DNA from: an uncultured bacterium
GTDB taxonomy: Bacteria > Chloroflexota > UBA5177 > JANWHV01
Direction of reading: 5' to 3'
DNA: 64,000 nucleotides
Assembly: GCA_963827235.1 (NCBI GenBank)
Contig: CAWHAE010000012.1
Span: 704,001 to 768,000 of the forward strand
Notes under the pieces: model-generated
What the model saw: only the letters and a program-made list of their open reading frames with translations
Database searches by the model: none
Told to the model about the DNA's origin: nothing
In this document: piece by piece, positions 26,097 through 36,233 of the stretch
Layout of the letters: every line of letters begins with the position of its first letter
How positions within the stretch are numbered: position 1 is the stretch's first letter
Position numbers and translations under genes: made by a program

Positions 26097-27251
26097 TCAC
26101 CCAACCCACGGCGCCGGCGGAGCTTCCCGCCTCCGCGGCAGCCGGAGACCGGCGGCGTACGTGGCGCGATTGACCAGTCGCACCGCGCCGCGCCGCGTCT
26201 GCGCCATCGTATCCTGAAACTCGAAGGGCCCCTCCTCGATCTCGAACACCGCGATGTCCGCCCTGGCACCAACGCCGAGGGTGCCGAGATCGTCGCGGCC
26301 GATTGCCCTTGCTGGGCGCACGGTGGCGCACGCGATCACGTCGTCCAAGCTCATGCCCAGGTTGAGGAACTTGGAGAGCGTGGTCGGCAGATCGCGTAGC
26401 GGTCCGCTCCGGCTGAGCTGATGGATGTCGCTGCTGATCACGTCGGGCGTGACCCCGGCGCCCAGAAGCGCTTCCGCGGAGGCAAAGCTGAAACTGCCGC
26501 CGCCGTGGCCGATATCCAGAAGCACGCCGCGCTCGCGCATGCGCTGCGCGACAGGACGCAACCCTCCGGATCCGTCCACCAGGCGATTGTCTTGCCCCGT
26601 GAAGCAATGGGTGAGAATGTCGCCGCCGTTCAGGTATGCAGCTATTTCCTCCAGGTGCGGAGGCGCCGTGGCGATGTGCACCATCAGCGGCAAGCCGGTG
26701 CGATCGGCAAGCGCCCGCGCTCGAGCAAGGCCTTCAAGGCCCGCCTCTCGTGTCGTCCACCTGTCGACGCGCGCCTTGATGCCCCGAATGCAGTCCCGGT
26801 TTGCTTCAACGGTGGCCTCGCCGGCTGCTACGTCGCAGTAGTCGAGGCTGGCGAGCTCGCCGGTGGGAGCGACGAGGCCTATCGTGCTGACGTTGAGGAA
26901 GGAGTAAACGAGGCTCGAGCTGGCCTCGACGACGTAGCGCCGGAACGCGGGAAAGTTGTAGGCACCCGCGCTGCCCGCGTCAACCCAGGTGGTGACGCCG
27001 GTGCGGGCAGCCACCGGATCCGGCTCGATGCCCCAATACGTGGCACCCCAGTAGCAATGTGTGTGCAGGTCGACCAGACCCGGAGTCACCAGCTTGCCAC
27101 GCAGGTCCACCACCCGGCCTGCTTCCGTGCCGGGCAACGCGCTGGCCACGGCCTCTATACGACCGTCACGCACAGCCACGTCCATCTGGCCGTGAACGGT
27201 GTGCGCCGGATCGACGACGGTTCCACCCTGCAACAGCAAGTCGTATGACAT
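26097..27251 (-). CDS. Amidohydrolase/deacetylase family metallohydrolase (dihydroorotase-like)
   Basis: PGLVDLHTH, TTWVDAGSAG, MVHI, DILTHC, DIGHGGGSF, ISSDIH; GAGGAG RBS. Confidence 0.9.
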   Translation of the reverse strand: MSYDLLLQGGTVVDPAHTVHGQMDVAVRDGRIEAVASALPGTEAGRVVDLRGKLVTPGLVDLHTHCYWGATYWGIEPDPVAARTGVTTWVDAGSAGAYNFPAFRRYVVEASSSLVYSFLNVSTIGLVAPTGELASLDYCDVAAGEATVEANRDCIRGIKARVDRWTTREAGLEGLARARALADRTGLPLMVHIATAPPHLEEIAAYLNGGDILTHCFTGQDNRLVDGSGGLRPVAQRMRERGVLLDIGHGGGSFSFASAEALLGAGVTPDVISSDIHQLSRSGPLRDLPTTLSKFLNLGMSLDDVIACATVRPARAIGRDDLGTLGVGARADIAVFEIEEGPFEFQDTMAQTRRGAVRLVNRATYAAGLRLPRRREAPPAPWVG

Positions 27252-27606
27252 GATGTCTTGCTCTCTCCTCTCCCGACCAGTGGAGGAGATGGTACACCGC
27301 TCGGAAGGTAATCGCCGGCTCATTTGGCGCGGGCGTGCCGGCGGCTGCTCCCACCACGTGTGCACTGTAGCGCGGTGGCAACGCCTCGACCAGCACCGGC
27401 ACCTCACCCAGCACGCCTGCTGGCCGCGGTCCACACATCTTGTTCCGCGATCTCCCGTCGCTTCGGTCTGGGCTGCCATGCTCAAGAGACGGGGACACCA
27501 CCACCGCGCAATTCGCCGGGCGCTCCCACGGTGCCGTCGGAACGACGATCTGCGCTGCTCGAAGACGCGGAGCATCCGAGTACACTAGGTCAGGAGGTGT
27601 AGTCGC

Positions 27607-28377
27607 ATGCTACGCGGTCTGTCCAAAGATGCGCTTGCCGAGGCGCGAGAAATCGTGTGCGCCACGGAGAATCTACTTGTCATAACTGGCGCCGGCATGT
27701 CGGCCGAGTGCGGCATTCCGACCTTTCGCGACCCTGGTGGCGAGGAGGATTGGGACACCCTGGCACAGACGCTGGCCACGGCCGAAGGATTCGCCGCCGA
27801 TCCCCAGCGCGTTTGGTCCTGGTACGCCGACCGGCGTCGAACGGCGCTCGAAGCACCGCTCCATCCGGGCTACTCGGCGCTCGTGGAGTGGGAGCGACGG
27901 GCCTCGGTGCGTGTGGTGACGCAGAACGTGGACGGCCTGCACAGGCGAGCCGGCAACAGCACGGTCGTGGAGATGCACGGCAGCCTGCACCGGTTCATCT
28001 GCGCCGATCGCCGCCACGAGGTCACCGGTGTGGCGGACGCGCAGATCGTTCCCCGCTGCCCCCGCTGCGGGAGCTACGTACGGCCCGCAGTGGTATGGTT
28101 TGGCGAGATGCTGCCGGACGCTGCGGTTAGCGGGTCCGCCGCGGCGATCGACGGCGTGGGCGCGGTACTACTGGTGGGCACGTCGCTGCAGGTGTCGACC
28201 CCGACCGCTCTGCTCTGGCATGCCGACCGGCACGGTATCCCTATTGTCGAGGTCAATCCGGAGCCCGCTCTGCGATCGAACGGTTATGCGTGGCCGGGCT
28301 CCGGCATGCTTCACGCCGCGGTCACCCTGGCGGGCAGCGCCGGGACGGTGCTGCCCGCGCTGTTGGGTCAGCAGTAG
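27607..28377 (+). CDS. cobB: NAD-dependent protein deacylase (Sir2 family)
   Basis: TGAGMSAECGIPTFR, TQNVDGLH, EMHG, RPAVVWFGE, GTS, EVN; AGGAGGT RBS. Confidence 0.9.
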   Translation: MLRGLSKDALAEAREIVCATENLLVITGAGMSAECGIPTFRDPGGEEDWDTLAQTLATAEGFAADPQRVWSWYADRRRTALEAPLHPGYSALVEWERRASVRVVTQNVDGLHRRAGNSTVVEMHGSLHRFICADRRHEVTGVADAQIVPRCPRCGSYVRPAVVWFGEMLPDAAVSGSAAAIDGVGAVLLVGTSLQVSTPTALLWHADRHGIPIVEVNPEPALRSNGYAWPGSGMLHAAVTLAGSAGTVLPALLGQQ

Positions 28378-28535
28378 ACGCTCCGCCGCCGGTAGTTGAC
28401 GACAGTGTTCGGGTGGTCGGCTCGATGGACGGCGGGGCGAACGAACCTTGCCTGTGGGAGACCGGCGGCATGGACAGGCCTCAGGTACCCTGGACGCAGA
28501 AGATGCGATGGAAGAATTCCACTGGGGTGATGCAC

Positions 28536-29309
28536 ATGAGTGATCAGCAGCAGGCGACGTATGCCGCTTTCTGGCTATACAAGACCCTTTCGGAGTGGCG
28601 CCGCATGGGTCACGCAGAGCGGGCTCGCATGAGGGACGGATTCGCCGCGGCACTGGACGCCGCGTCCGGCTCAGTGACCCTTCGAGGTGCCTACTCGCTG
28701 GCCGGCCTGCGCAGCGATGCGGACCTCATGCTCTGGGTGCACGGGCCCGATCTCGGGGATATGCAGGCGCTGGCCTTGGCTCTGCGCAGAAGTGACCTCG
28801 GCTCGTATCTGTCCGAGGCCTATTGCTATACGGGTATGGTGCCGGAATCGCAGTATGCGCCCGATCACAGGCCGGCTTTCACGAAGGGTCTGCCGCCGAG
28901 AACCTACCTGAGCATGTATCCATTCACCAAGACACATGAGTGGTACCGGCTGCCGTTCGAGCAACGCCGGCAACTGATGGCAGAACATGGCCGCATGGGA
29001 CGGAAGCATAGCGCTGTTCCGGAAGCGCGCCTCGATGGGCCGGCCCACGGTTCTTCGCAGGCGGGCATTGCCGTTGCCGCTCCGCCGGCCCCGGCCGCTC
29101 TGGGGCTCGTCCAGGCCAACACCATCCACTCCTTCGGTCTTGGCGACCAGGAGTTCGTGGTGGCGTTCGAGGCCGACGATCCGGCCGACATCATTCACAT
29201 GGTGGAGGATCTTAGGGCGGCAGAAGTGCGCCTCTATACCGCCGTGGACACTCCGATCTTCCTCGGGCGTCGCAAGGGCCTGCGAGAAGCGCTAGAGGAT
29301 CTGGGCTAG
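28536..29309 (+). CDS. chdC: Coproheme decarboxylase (chlorite dismutase family)
   Basis: RGAYSLAGLRSDADLMLW, YPFTKTHEWY.L..EQR..LMAEHG, SFGLGDQEFVVAFE, DTPIFLG. Confidence 0.82.
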   Translation: MSDQQQATYAAFWLYKTLSEWRRMGHAERARMRDGFAAALDAASGSVTLRGAYSLAGLRSDADLMLWVHGPDLGDMQALALALRRSDLGSYLSEAYCYTGMVPESQYAPDHRPAFTKGLPPRTYLSMYPFTKTHEWYRLPFEQRRQLMAEHGRMGRKHSAVPEARLDGPAHGSSQAGIAVAAPPAPAALGLVQANTIHSFGLGDQEFVVAFEADDPADIIHMVEDLRAAEVRLYTAVDTPIFLGRRKGLREALEDLG

Positions 29310-31323
29310 CTCCTTCGCGCTCGTCACCGGCGCCTTGCAGGCGTAGTCGCGGCACAGGTAGGCAGTGGCACGACCCTCTCGCTGCTCGCGGCCCTGAAAG
29401 AGGGGCGACGCATCGAGGGCTGCCTCTCGCGGACCGGCAACGGCGACGACCAGGTTGGGGTCGAACCGCCGGTGCGCGGCCTGCAGAAGGCTGAGCGTCT
29501 CCGGCGAGTCCGGGTCGCCGACGATGGCCAGCTCGCGTTGAGGGCTGGTGGCCATGTCCGCTGCGCAGAGCAACCTGCCAAATGCAAGCGGCTCCTGTGC
29601 CGCGCTGCTCTGCAATGGAACGATGGCATGCAGCGCGTGCTCGTGGTAGATGTCCTGCCCGGTGTGCACGGCAAGGCGCAGCAGTACCTCGGCGGCTACC
29701 GAATTGCCGCTGGGCACGGCGTTGTCCACGATCTCACGCGGCCGGCTGATCAGTTGCTCGTGGTTGGCGCTCGTGCAGTAGAAGGGCCCGCCGTTGGGAT
29801 CGGCGAAGCGATCGATCATCGCGTTTGCCAGCCCAAGCGCCTCGTCCAGCCAGCGGCGATGGCCGGTGGCCTCGTACAGCGCGACGAGCCCGTCGGCGAG
29901 AAAGGCATAGTCGTCGAGGAAGGCGTCGATTCTTGCCTCGCCGTTGCTGTAGGTGCGGTAGAGGCTCCCGTCCCGACGAAGGGAGTCCAGCAGGAAGGCG
30001 GCGGTCTGTTCGGCCGCCTTCCGGTAGTCCCGGTTCTGGTAGGCGGCCGCGGCACCAGCGAGCGCCCGCAGCATCAAGCCGTTCCAAGCCGCTATCACCT
30101 TGTCGTCGCGACGTGGATGCACGCGTGCGACTCGGGCTTCCGCAAGCGTGCGGCGGCACAACGTCAGGCGACCGTCGAGCACATCCGTGGACAGGCCGGC
30201 TTCGGCGGCCAGCGCGCCGATTGGTTGCGCCACATACAGGATGTTGCTGCCTTCGAAGTTGCCTCGAGGAGTCACGCCGTAGGCGCGCATGAATAGCGTC
30301 GGCATCGTCGCCGAGCAGGTGCCGTATTTCCTGGGCACTCCAGAGGAAGTACTTGCCTTCTTCGCCCTCGCTGTCGGCATCTTGCGAGGAGTAGAAGGCG
30401 CCTTCGGGGGATCGCATCTCGTTCAGTGCGTAATCGATGGTTTCTTCCGCCGTGCGGCGGAATCCGGCGTTGCCGGTGAGCAGGTACGCCATGGTGTAGA
30501 GTCGCGCGAGCTGTGCATTGTCGTAGAGCATCTTCTCGAAGTGTGGCACGAGCCACTGGCGGTCGACGCTGTAGCGATGAAAGCCGCCGCCCAGCTGGTC
30601 GTAGATGCCGCCGCCCGCCATAGCGGTCAGTGTGTGCTCTGCCATGGTCAGGGCGCGAGGCGCTCCTATGGTGTGGGCGCGCAGGAGCAGCTCAACGGCC
30701 ATCGGCTGCGGGAACTTCGGCGCCATGCCGAATCCGCCGGACTGGTTGTCGTATCGTGCAGCCATGGCCATGGCTGCCTGCAGTAGGAGGTCGGCCTCCA
30801 GATCAAGGCGCTCCGGCACCGGAATCGACGTGCCGAGGCTGCGAAGAAAGTCACCCGCCCCTTGCTCGACCTCCGCGCGTCTTGTCTGATATGTTTCGGC
30901 AATCGCCGTGAGTACCGAGCTGAACGCCGGCAAGCCGTGCCGAGGCTCCGGCGGATAGTAGGTGCCGCCGAAAAACGGCCGGCAGTCGGGTGTCAGGAAC
31001 ATGGTCATGGGCCAGCCTCCCTGGCCCGTCAGGCGCTGCACTGCCTCCATGTAGATCATGTCGAGATCGGGTCGCTCCTCCCGATCGACTTTGATGCAGA
31101 TGAACAGCTTGTTCATCAGGCCGGCAGTCTCGCTATCCTCGAAGGACTCGCGTTCCATCACGTGGCACCAGTGGCAGGCCGAGTAGCCGATGCTCAGCAG
31201 GATGGGCTTGTCTTCCGCTTTCGCGCGTGCCAGGGCCTCGCTGCACCAGGGATACCAATCCACAGGATTGTCTTTGTGCTGGAGAAGGTAGGGGCTTGTC
31301 TCAGTCGCCAGTCGGTTGCTCAT
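29292..31323 (-). pseudogene. YyaL/DUF255 thioredoxin-domain protein, split by a +1 frameshift near 30297-30300 (possibly a sequencing error)
   Basis: [32 protein letters not shown] in one frame; [28 protein letters not shown] in the next. Confidence 0.88.
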
Positions 31324-31653
31324 GCATAGCACTCCTTGTCGCTGCAGCCTGCGAGTGGCGGGCACGTTCCGAGGGCCGAGGGGGCCAGGTGAGGGAGGCA
31401 GAATCCGGTCGGTGCGCGCAACTGCAGGTGCGGCGTTAGTATACTCCTCCCGATGGTAGGAGGTCCGTCTGGTCCACATTCCCGCTCGGCGTGGCGGTGC
31501 TGCTTTGCCGGCATCCAGGTTCTGTGATTGGCTGGAACTGATGGTGGTCCAGGGAGGTTGAGCATGACGTGCGCCTGGTGGCGAACGCACCGGCAGGTTG
31601 GCAGCTGGTTGTCGTATCATTCTCGACAGTGGGAGCCACCGACGGAGGTAACC

Positions 31654-31980
31654 ATGATCGTGACGACGACTGAGAAGATTGCCGGCTACCGGACTTCGGA
31701 GGTCCTGGGTGAAGTGGCCGGCGTGGTCGTGCGCAGCCGTGGTCTGGGCGGCAACCTCGTGGCAGGCATCCGTGCTATTGGTGGCGGTGAGATCACCGAG
31801 TACACGAGACTGCTCGAAGACACGCGCAGGCAAGCGATAGACAGAATGATTGCCAACGCGCAGGCGCGTGGCGCCAATGCTGTGAGCATGATGCGCTTCG
31901 ACTCCAGCGCCGCCGGAAAGGCGATGACCGAAGTGTGCGCTTTCGGCACGGCGATTGTGATCGAGAGAGAAGGGTTCTAG
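31654..31980 (+). CDS. YbjQ/UPF0145 family protein
   Basis: [30 protein letters not shown]; GGAGG RBS. Confidence 0.92.
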   Translation: MIVTTTEKIAGYRTSEVLGEVAGVVVRSRGLGGNLVAGIRAIGGGEITEYTRLLEDTRRQAIDRMIANAQARGANAVSMMRFDSSAAGKAMTEVCAFGTAIVIEREGF

Positions 31981-31986
31981 GGCGTC

Positions 31987-32292
31987 GTGCTGCGAGTTGC
32001 TGTTGCCGTTTACGGCGTGCTCATGTTGTTGGGTGCGGAGCTGCTGATGTTGCGCGACGCGCACTGGGTTGCGATGATCTATCTGGCAGTGAACGGCCTG
32101 TTGATTGCCGGGGGCGTGATCGTCGAGCGGAGCGCATATCGACCTCGTCTGAGCAGTGGCTCCGGCGAGTGGGAGCTCACGGGAGAACGGTTCATCGATC
32201 CTACTACCAAGCGTCTGGTGGAGGTGCGCTACAATCCGTCGACTGGCGAGCGCGACTATGTGGACATTCCTCCGCCGCTGGAGCGGGGCTAG
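31987..32292 (+). CDS. Small 2-TM hypothetical protein
   Basis: Two TM helices followed by [10 protein letters not shown]...V.YNP.TGER.Y. Confidence 0.72.
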   Translation: MLRVAVAVYGVLMLLGAELLMLRDAHWVAMIYLAVNGLLIAGGVIVERSAYRPRLSSGSGEWELTGERFIDPTTKRLVEVRYNPSTGERDYVDIPPPLERG

Positions 32293-32891
32293 CCTACCGG
32301 CGGTTCCGCCAGCAAGCCGTCGTCGATCGCCCGCTGGATGAGCCCGCCGACAAGCTCCGCGAGCTTGCTCGAGCTCTGAGCGATCGGGGCCATGCGATTT
32401 CGTACCTGGCTGGCGTTGATGCCGTACGCGGTCCAGGATCCGCCTTTGCTCTCCAGATTGCACAGGAGGGGTTGGAGCCTATCGAGTGCCACGGCGAATC
32501 GAGCCTCGGCCGTTGCGCCCACCTCGAACTCCACCCACAGATTGCGAAGCTCGGTTGCCTGTTCGCTGGGTAGAAGACCAAACAGGCGCTTTGCAGCACG
32601 CTGCTCGCGCTCGGCCTGGCTCAGGAGGCCCTCCTCGTCGTAGCAGAACGTATCACCGGCGTCGACCTCGACCAGATCGTGAAGCAGCAGCATGCGAATC
32701 ACATGACCGGTGTCGACGGGCTGATCGGCGTAGTCGGCGAGCACAAGGGCCATGAGAGCGAGGTGCCACGAGTGCTCGGCGCTGTTTTCCCGGCGCGATC
32801 CATCCATGATGCTCGTGCGGCGCAGCACATTCTTGAGCTTATCTATCTCGACGATGAACTCAAGCTGGCGCGAGAGGCGTTGGTCGAGCAA
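32289..32891 (-). CDS. HD domain hydrolase (YfbR/HD_3-like)
   Basis: [35 protein letters not shown]; TTG start with AGGAG. Confidence 0.9.
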   Translation of the reverse strand: MLDQRLSRQLEFIVEIDKLKNVLRRTSIMDGSRRENSAEHSWHLALMALVLADYADQPVDTGHVIRMLLLHDLVEVDAGDTFCYDEEGLLSQAEREQRAAKRLFGLLPSEQATELRNLWVEFEVGATAEARFAVALDRLQPLLCNLESKGGSWTAYGINASQVRNRMAPIAQSSSKLAELVGGLIQRAIDDGLLAEPPVG

Positions 32892-33489
32892 GGAACGCTC
32901 CTGTCTGGCTAATGGCCGGCTGCACCGCGCTCCGCGGGTGGCTCGACGGGCATTGTACACGACTGAAGCCTGCGCGCGGCCGATCAGGGCGACATAACTG
33001 CACATAACAATTGGATCTACCAAGCTGAGCAGACCTACTCTCTCCTGAAACGGGATCAGGGTTTGCCCAGGATGTGTGTGTTAGGATACTACCCGGAGCA
33101 TAAGAGAGTAAGCCAGCGGCACGTTACGATGTCGCGTTGGCGGAGAGTTTGTAGTGCGATGCCGCGGGCTAAAGAGCTCTTGGTTATGTGTAGCTAGAAC
33201 GATGAAGCTGCGCGCTCCTTCTCCGTTGCCGGCTTGTTGGCAGGTACTGCCCTCCTAGGCCAGAACAGCTTAGCCGGCATTCATTCGGGCCAGGTCGATA
33301 CGCTCCCGTCCAGCCAATCTACCTGGCCCGCCCCTTTCCTCCAACGGCAGCAGCCCGGTCTCGCGCTCGTCCTCCTCCTCGGGCGGAGCCGGACGGCCCA
33401 AGAATACTCAACTCACCGTCGCGCTGCGTCACCGCCCGCACCACCCGGCTTATCACATACCGCGCAGGGCCACTGGCCGCAGTATTGTG

Positions 33490-33534
33490 AAAATGTAAAT
33501 ACCTATTGACATTTTATAAACTCAACACGACAAT
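33490..33534 (+). promoter_or_regulatory. Sigma70 promoter overlapped by an AT-rich operator palindrome
   Basis: TTGACA (33506)-17 nt-GACAAT; inverted repeat AAAATGTAAATA-cc-TATTGACATTTT. Confidence 0.7.
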
Positions 33535-33604
33535 AGTGAATAGCAAGCGAGTCACTGTTGAGCCTTCAGTCGCGGCAGTCGACTAGCAGAGGAGATGCGG
33601 AAAT

Positions 33605-33988
33605 ATGCCGGACGAAGAGCAAGCACGTATTCTGCGCATGGTGGCCGATGGCACCATCACACCCGCCGAGGCCGGCGACCTTCTCTCGGCACTGGACCAT
33701 CAGCGCCGCGCACCGGCGCCGCCGGTTGCCACGGTTGTCCGGCCGGCGAGCAAACGGCACCTAACGATCCAGATCATCGACGGCGACGACGACAAGGTAA
33801 ACGTTCGCATCCCCCTGGCGCTCGCGCGCGCGGCAGGCCGATTCATTCCCCGGCAGGCGCAAGCCTATCTCGAGGAGAGGGAGATCAGTATTGAGGCAAT
33901 CCTCGAAGGGCTACAAGCGGAGGATGGCGAGAACACGCTGCTCGAGATACACGAGGGCGATTCGTTCGTTAGAATTGCCGTGGAGTAG
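33605..33988 (+). CDS. SHOCT-like (YvlB/LiaX N-terminal-like) protein
   Basis: EEQARILRMVADGTITPAEA..LLSAL, KVNVRIPL; GAGGAG RBS. Confidence 0.8.
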   Translation: MPDEEQARILRMVADGTITPAEAGDLLSALDHQRRAPAPPVATVVRPASKRHLTIQIIDGDDDKVNVRIPLALARAAGRFIPRQAQAYLEEREISIEAILEGLQAEDGENTLLEIHEGDSFVRIAVE

Positions 33989-34100
33989 GGGCAATGATTG
34001 ACATGGCCGGCCCCACACGGAACACCCGCCTGCCCATCGCTGTCGGGCGTGCCCCTCCAGGGCCGGCCTTGCCTGACTCGACCCGGTCCTTCCCGTGCCG

Positions 34101-34643
34101 TCAGGCTCCTCTGCCCTCGAGAAGCCAGAACCGCTCGACCACGTAGCCGGTCAGGCCGGCGAGGTAGGTCCGGTCCATGCGGAACGGGACCTGGTCCCTC
34201 AAGCCCAGCAGACCCATCAAGTCGCGATCCCTCACGTGACGCTTCGTCCTGAGCAACCAGCAGAGACGGATGAGCGTGTTCTGATCGCAATCAGCCTCTC
34301 GAAACAGCAACAGGCTGCCGTACACCGCGGCACTCCGTCCACCATGCAGCACCCGGTGGCAGAGCACGCACACCGTTTCGAGCGCTTCGAGGCGGCTGTC
34401 GCGATACCCGTTGAGATGGTTCACCTCCAGCACGGCGTGGCGGCCGGCACCTTTGCCCTGTCCACAGTACACGCACCACGCGTCGCGGCCCAGCACCTGC
34501 GCGCGCAAGTTCTGCCAACCGGAAGGGGCACGAGCGCCGCGCGGTCGCCACTCGCCGGGATCGAGGTACGAGGGCCTCAGCTTCTTCAATGGGCGTGGCG
34601 GCGGGGCCAGCTCAGCTATAGCCGCTTCCAGATCTGCGTGCAT
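34101..34643 (-). CDS. HNH-fold zinc-binding protein resembling IcmJ/DotN
   Basis: RD..CVYCG...EVNH...L.TVCVLCH; GGGAG upstream. Confidence 0.72.
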   Translation of the reverse strand: MHADLEAAIAELAPPPRPLKKLRPSYLDPGEWRPRGARAPSGWQNLRAQVLGRDAWCVYCGQGKGAGRHAVLEVNHLNGYRDSRLEALETVCVLCHRVLHGGRSAAVYGSLLLFREADCDQNTLIRLCWLLRTKRHVRDRDLMGLLGLRDQVPFRMDRTYLAGLTGYVVERFWLLEGRGA

Positions 34644-34776
34644 GATTCTCCCAAATGGCGTCGTCGCGCGTCTGTATTCGTCGCCAGCCCTGTGCTATAG
34701 TCAGAGTACCGGGCGGCCCCGCCTGGGTAGATCACGATGGTGTGACCTGTCTACAGCGCACAAGGAGGTGTGTTGC

Positions 34777-34989
34777 ATGCATCCCATTTCTCTTCGTGGA
34801 GGCTCGAGCGCCCCGGCCGGCGTGTACCGCGAGCTGCACAGCGGTCGCATGGTGTACATGGATACCACGGGCACCTTGCCGGGGCAACTGAACTCGGAGA
34901 CGTACGTCGAAGTGCCGCAGGCCGCACTGCTGAACCGGCGTGTCTCGCAGCACCACGGTCGGGCCAAACGGGACATCCATCCGGCCTGA
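34777..34989 (+). CDS. Small hypothetical protein (70 aa), possibly YjzC-like
   Basis: AAGGAGGTG RBS; upstream TGcTATAGT (34693-34701); followed by a hairpin. Confidence 0.7.
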   Translation: MHPISLRGGSSAPAGVYRELHSGRMVYMDTTGTLPGQLNSETYVEVPQAALLNRRVSQHHGRAKRDIHPA

Positions 34990-35005
34990 CCGCCGATGGA
35001 AGACG

Positions 35006-35041
35006 TGAGGCGGCCTCCCCAGGCCAGGGGAGGCCGCCTCA
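35006..35041. terminator. Hairpin between convergent genes
   Basis: TGAGGCGGCCTCCCC-6 nt-GGGGAGGCCGCCTCA perfect 15-bp stem. Confidence 0.7.
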
Positions 35042-35100
35042 TCGCTCAGATGTGAGAGCCGCCGTCCGGAACCTGTCATGCCGGCTACTCGACCCGAGCT

Positions 35101-36219
35101 TCAGTTGCTAGCTTCTGGGAACGATCGGGTGCGGAGCGTGACGCGCGCCAGCGCCGCACGATCGACCTCTACTCCGGTGCCGGGCGTCGAACGCACCTGC
35201 ATCGTTCCGCCGGGCTGCAACACGAACGAGGGACCGGCGATATCCTCGTGGAAGTAACGGGCGCTTGCCGAAATGTCGCTCGGCAGGCTAAAGTTCGGCA
35301 GACTGGCCAGGCACACGTTCGCCGCACGACCGACGTTCGTCTCGAGCATGCCACCGCACCATACCGGCACACCCGCATCCCGGCACAGATCGTGGATCTG
35401 CTTGCTGCGCAGCAAGCCGCCTACCCGACCGGCCTTGATGTTGATGATGCGACAGGCACCCAGAGCGATAGCGTGGCGGGCGTCATCAGGCGTGCATATG
35501 GCCTCATCCAGGCAGATAGCGGTGCGGAGCTGCCGCTGCAGCGTCGCGTGGTCCACGATGTCCTCCTCATCCAGGGGCTGCTCGATCATGAGGAGGTTGA
35601 ATTGGTCCAGCCCGGCAAGCAGCTCCGCGTCCGCCAGTGTATAGGCCGAGTTGGCGTCGACACTCAGCAATATGTCTGGAAACCGCTCGCGCACCGCGGC
35701 GACGAAGCGGATATCGCGGCCCGGTGCGATCTTGAGCTTGACGCGCCGGTAGCCCTGCTCCACGTGCTGCGCGACCGCCTGCACCAAGCTCTCCGGTGTC
35801 TCTCGAATACCAAGGCTGACACCGCTCGGCGTTTCGCTGCGCGTCCCACCCAGCATCTCCGCCAGCGGGCGACCCTGCGCGCGCGACAAGAGGTCCCACA
35901 ACGCCTGCTCGACCGACGCGATGGCCATGCGATGACCGCGAATGCGGCTCAAGCGCGTCCACAGATCGGCCGCGTCTGCCACGTCACGGCCGACGATCTC
36001 CGGCGCGATGAACGACTCGATCACGTGCCAGGCCGTTTCCACCGTCTCGTAGGAATACCAGGGGCCATCCCCGGCCACACATTCGCCCCAACCTTCAACT
36101 CCGCCGCCTGCCAGCCGCAAGATCAAGCAGGGTCTCTCCACCTGCGTGCCAAAACTGGTCACGAAAGGAGCCACCAGGGGCATGGAAACGTGAAATACTT
36201 CTAGCTCGTCGAGGTGCAC
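35101..36219 (-). CDS. menC: o-Succinylbenzoate synthase / N-succinylamino acid racemase (NSAR/OSBS subfamily)
   Basis: GWGECVA, KLKI, DANSAY, IEQP, LDE, NIK.GRVGG, WCGGMLE, DISAS. Confidence 0.9.
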   Translation of the reverse strand: MHLDELEVFHVSMPLVAPFVTSFGTQVERPCLILRLAGGGVEGWGECVAGDGPWYSYETVETAWHVIESFIAPEIVGRDVADAADLWTRLSRIRGHRMAIASVEQALWDLLSRAQGRPLAEMLGGTRSETPSGVSLGIRETPESLVQAVAQHVEQGYRRVKLKIAPGRDIRFVAAVRERFPDILLSVDANSAYTLADAELLAGLDQFNLLMIEQPLDEEDIVDHATLQRQLRTAICLDEAICTPDDARHAIALGACRIINIKAGRVGGLLRSKQIHDLCRDAGVPVWCGGMLETNVGRAANVCLASLPNFSLPSDISASARYFHEDIAGPSFVLQPGGTMQVRSTPGTGVEVDRAALARVTLRTRSFPEASN

Positions 36220-36233
36220 AGCACGACTCCCGT

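Noticed and set aside
27252-27606. His/Arg-rich ORF after GGAGGAG between the amidohydrolase and the sirtuin
   Set aside because: Start spacing is too short and the composition looks non-coding; this is a divergent promoter region
33202-33509. Frameshifted signal-peptide gene (MKLR/SFSVAGLLAGTALLG...)
   Set aside because: Requires an assumed 2-nt deletion, has no RBS and has no recognisable domain
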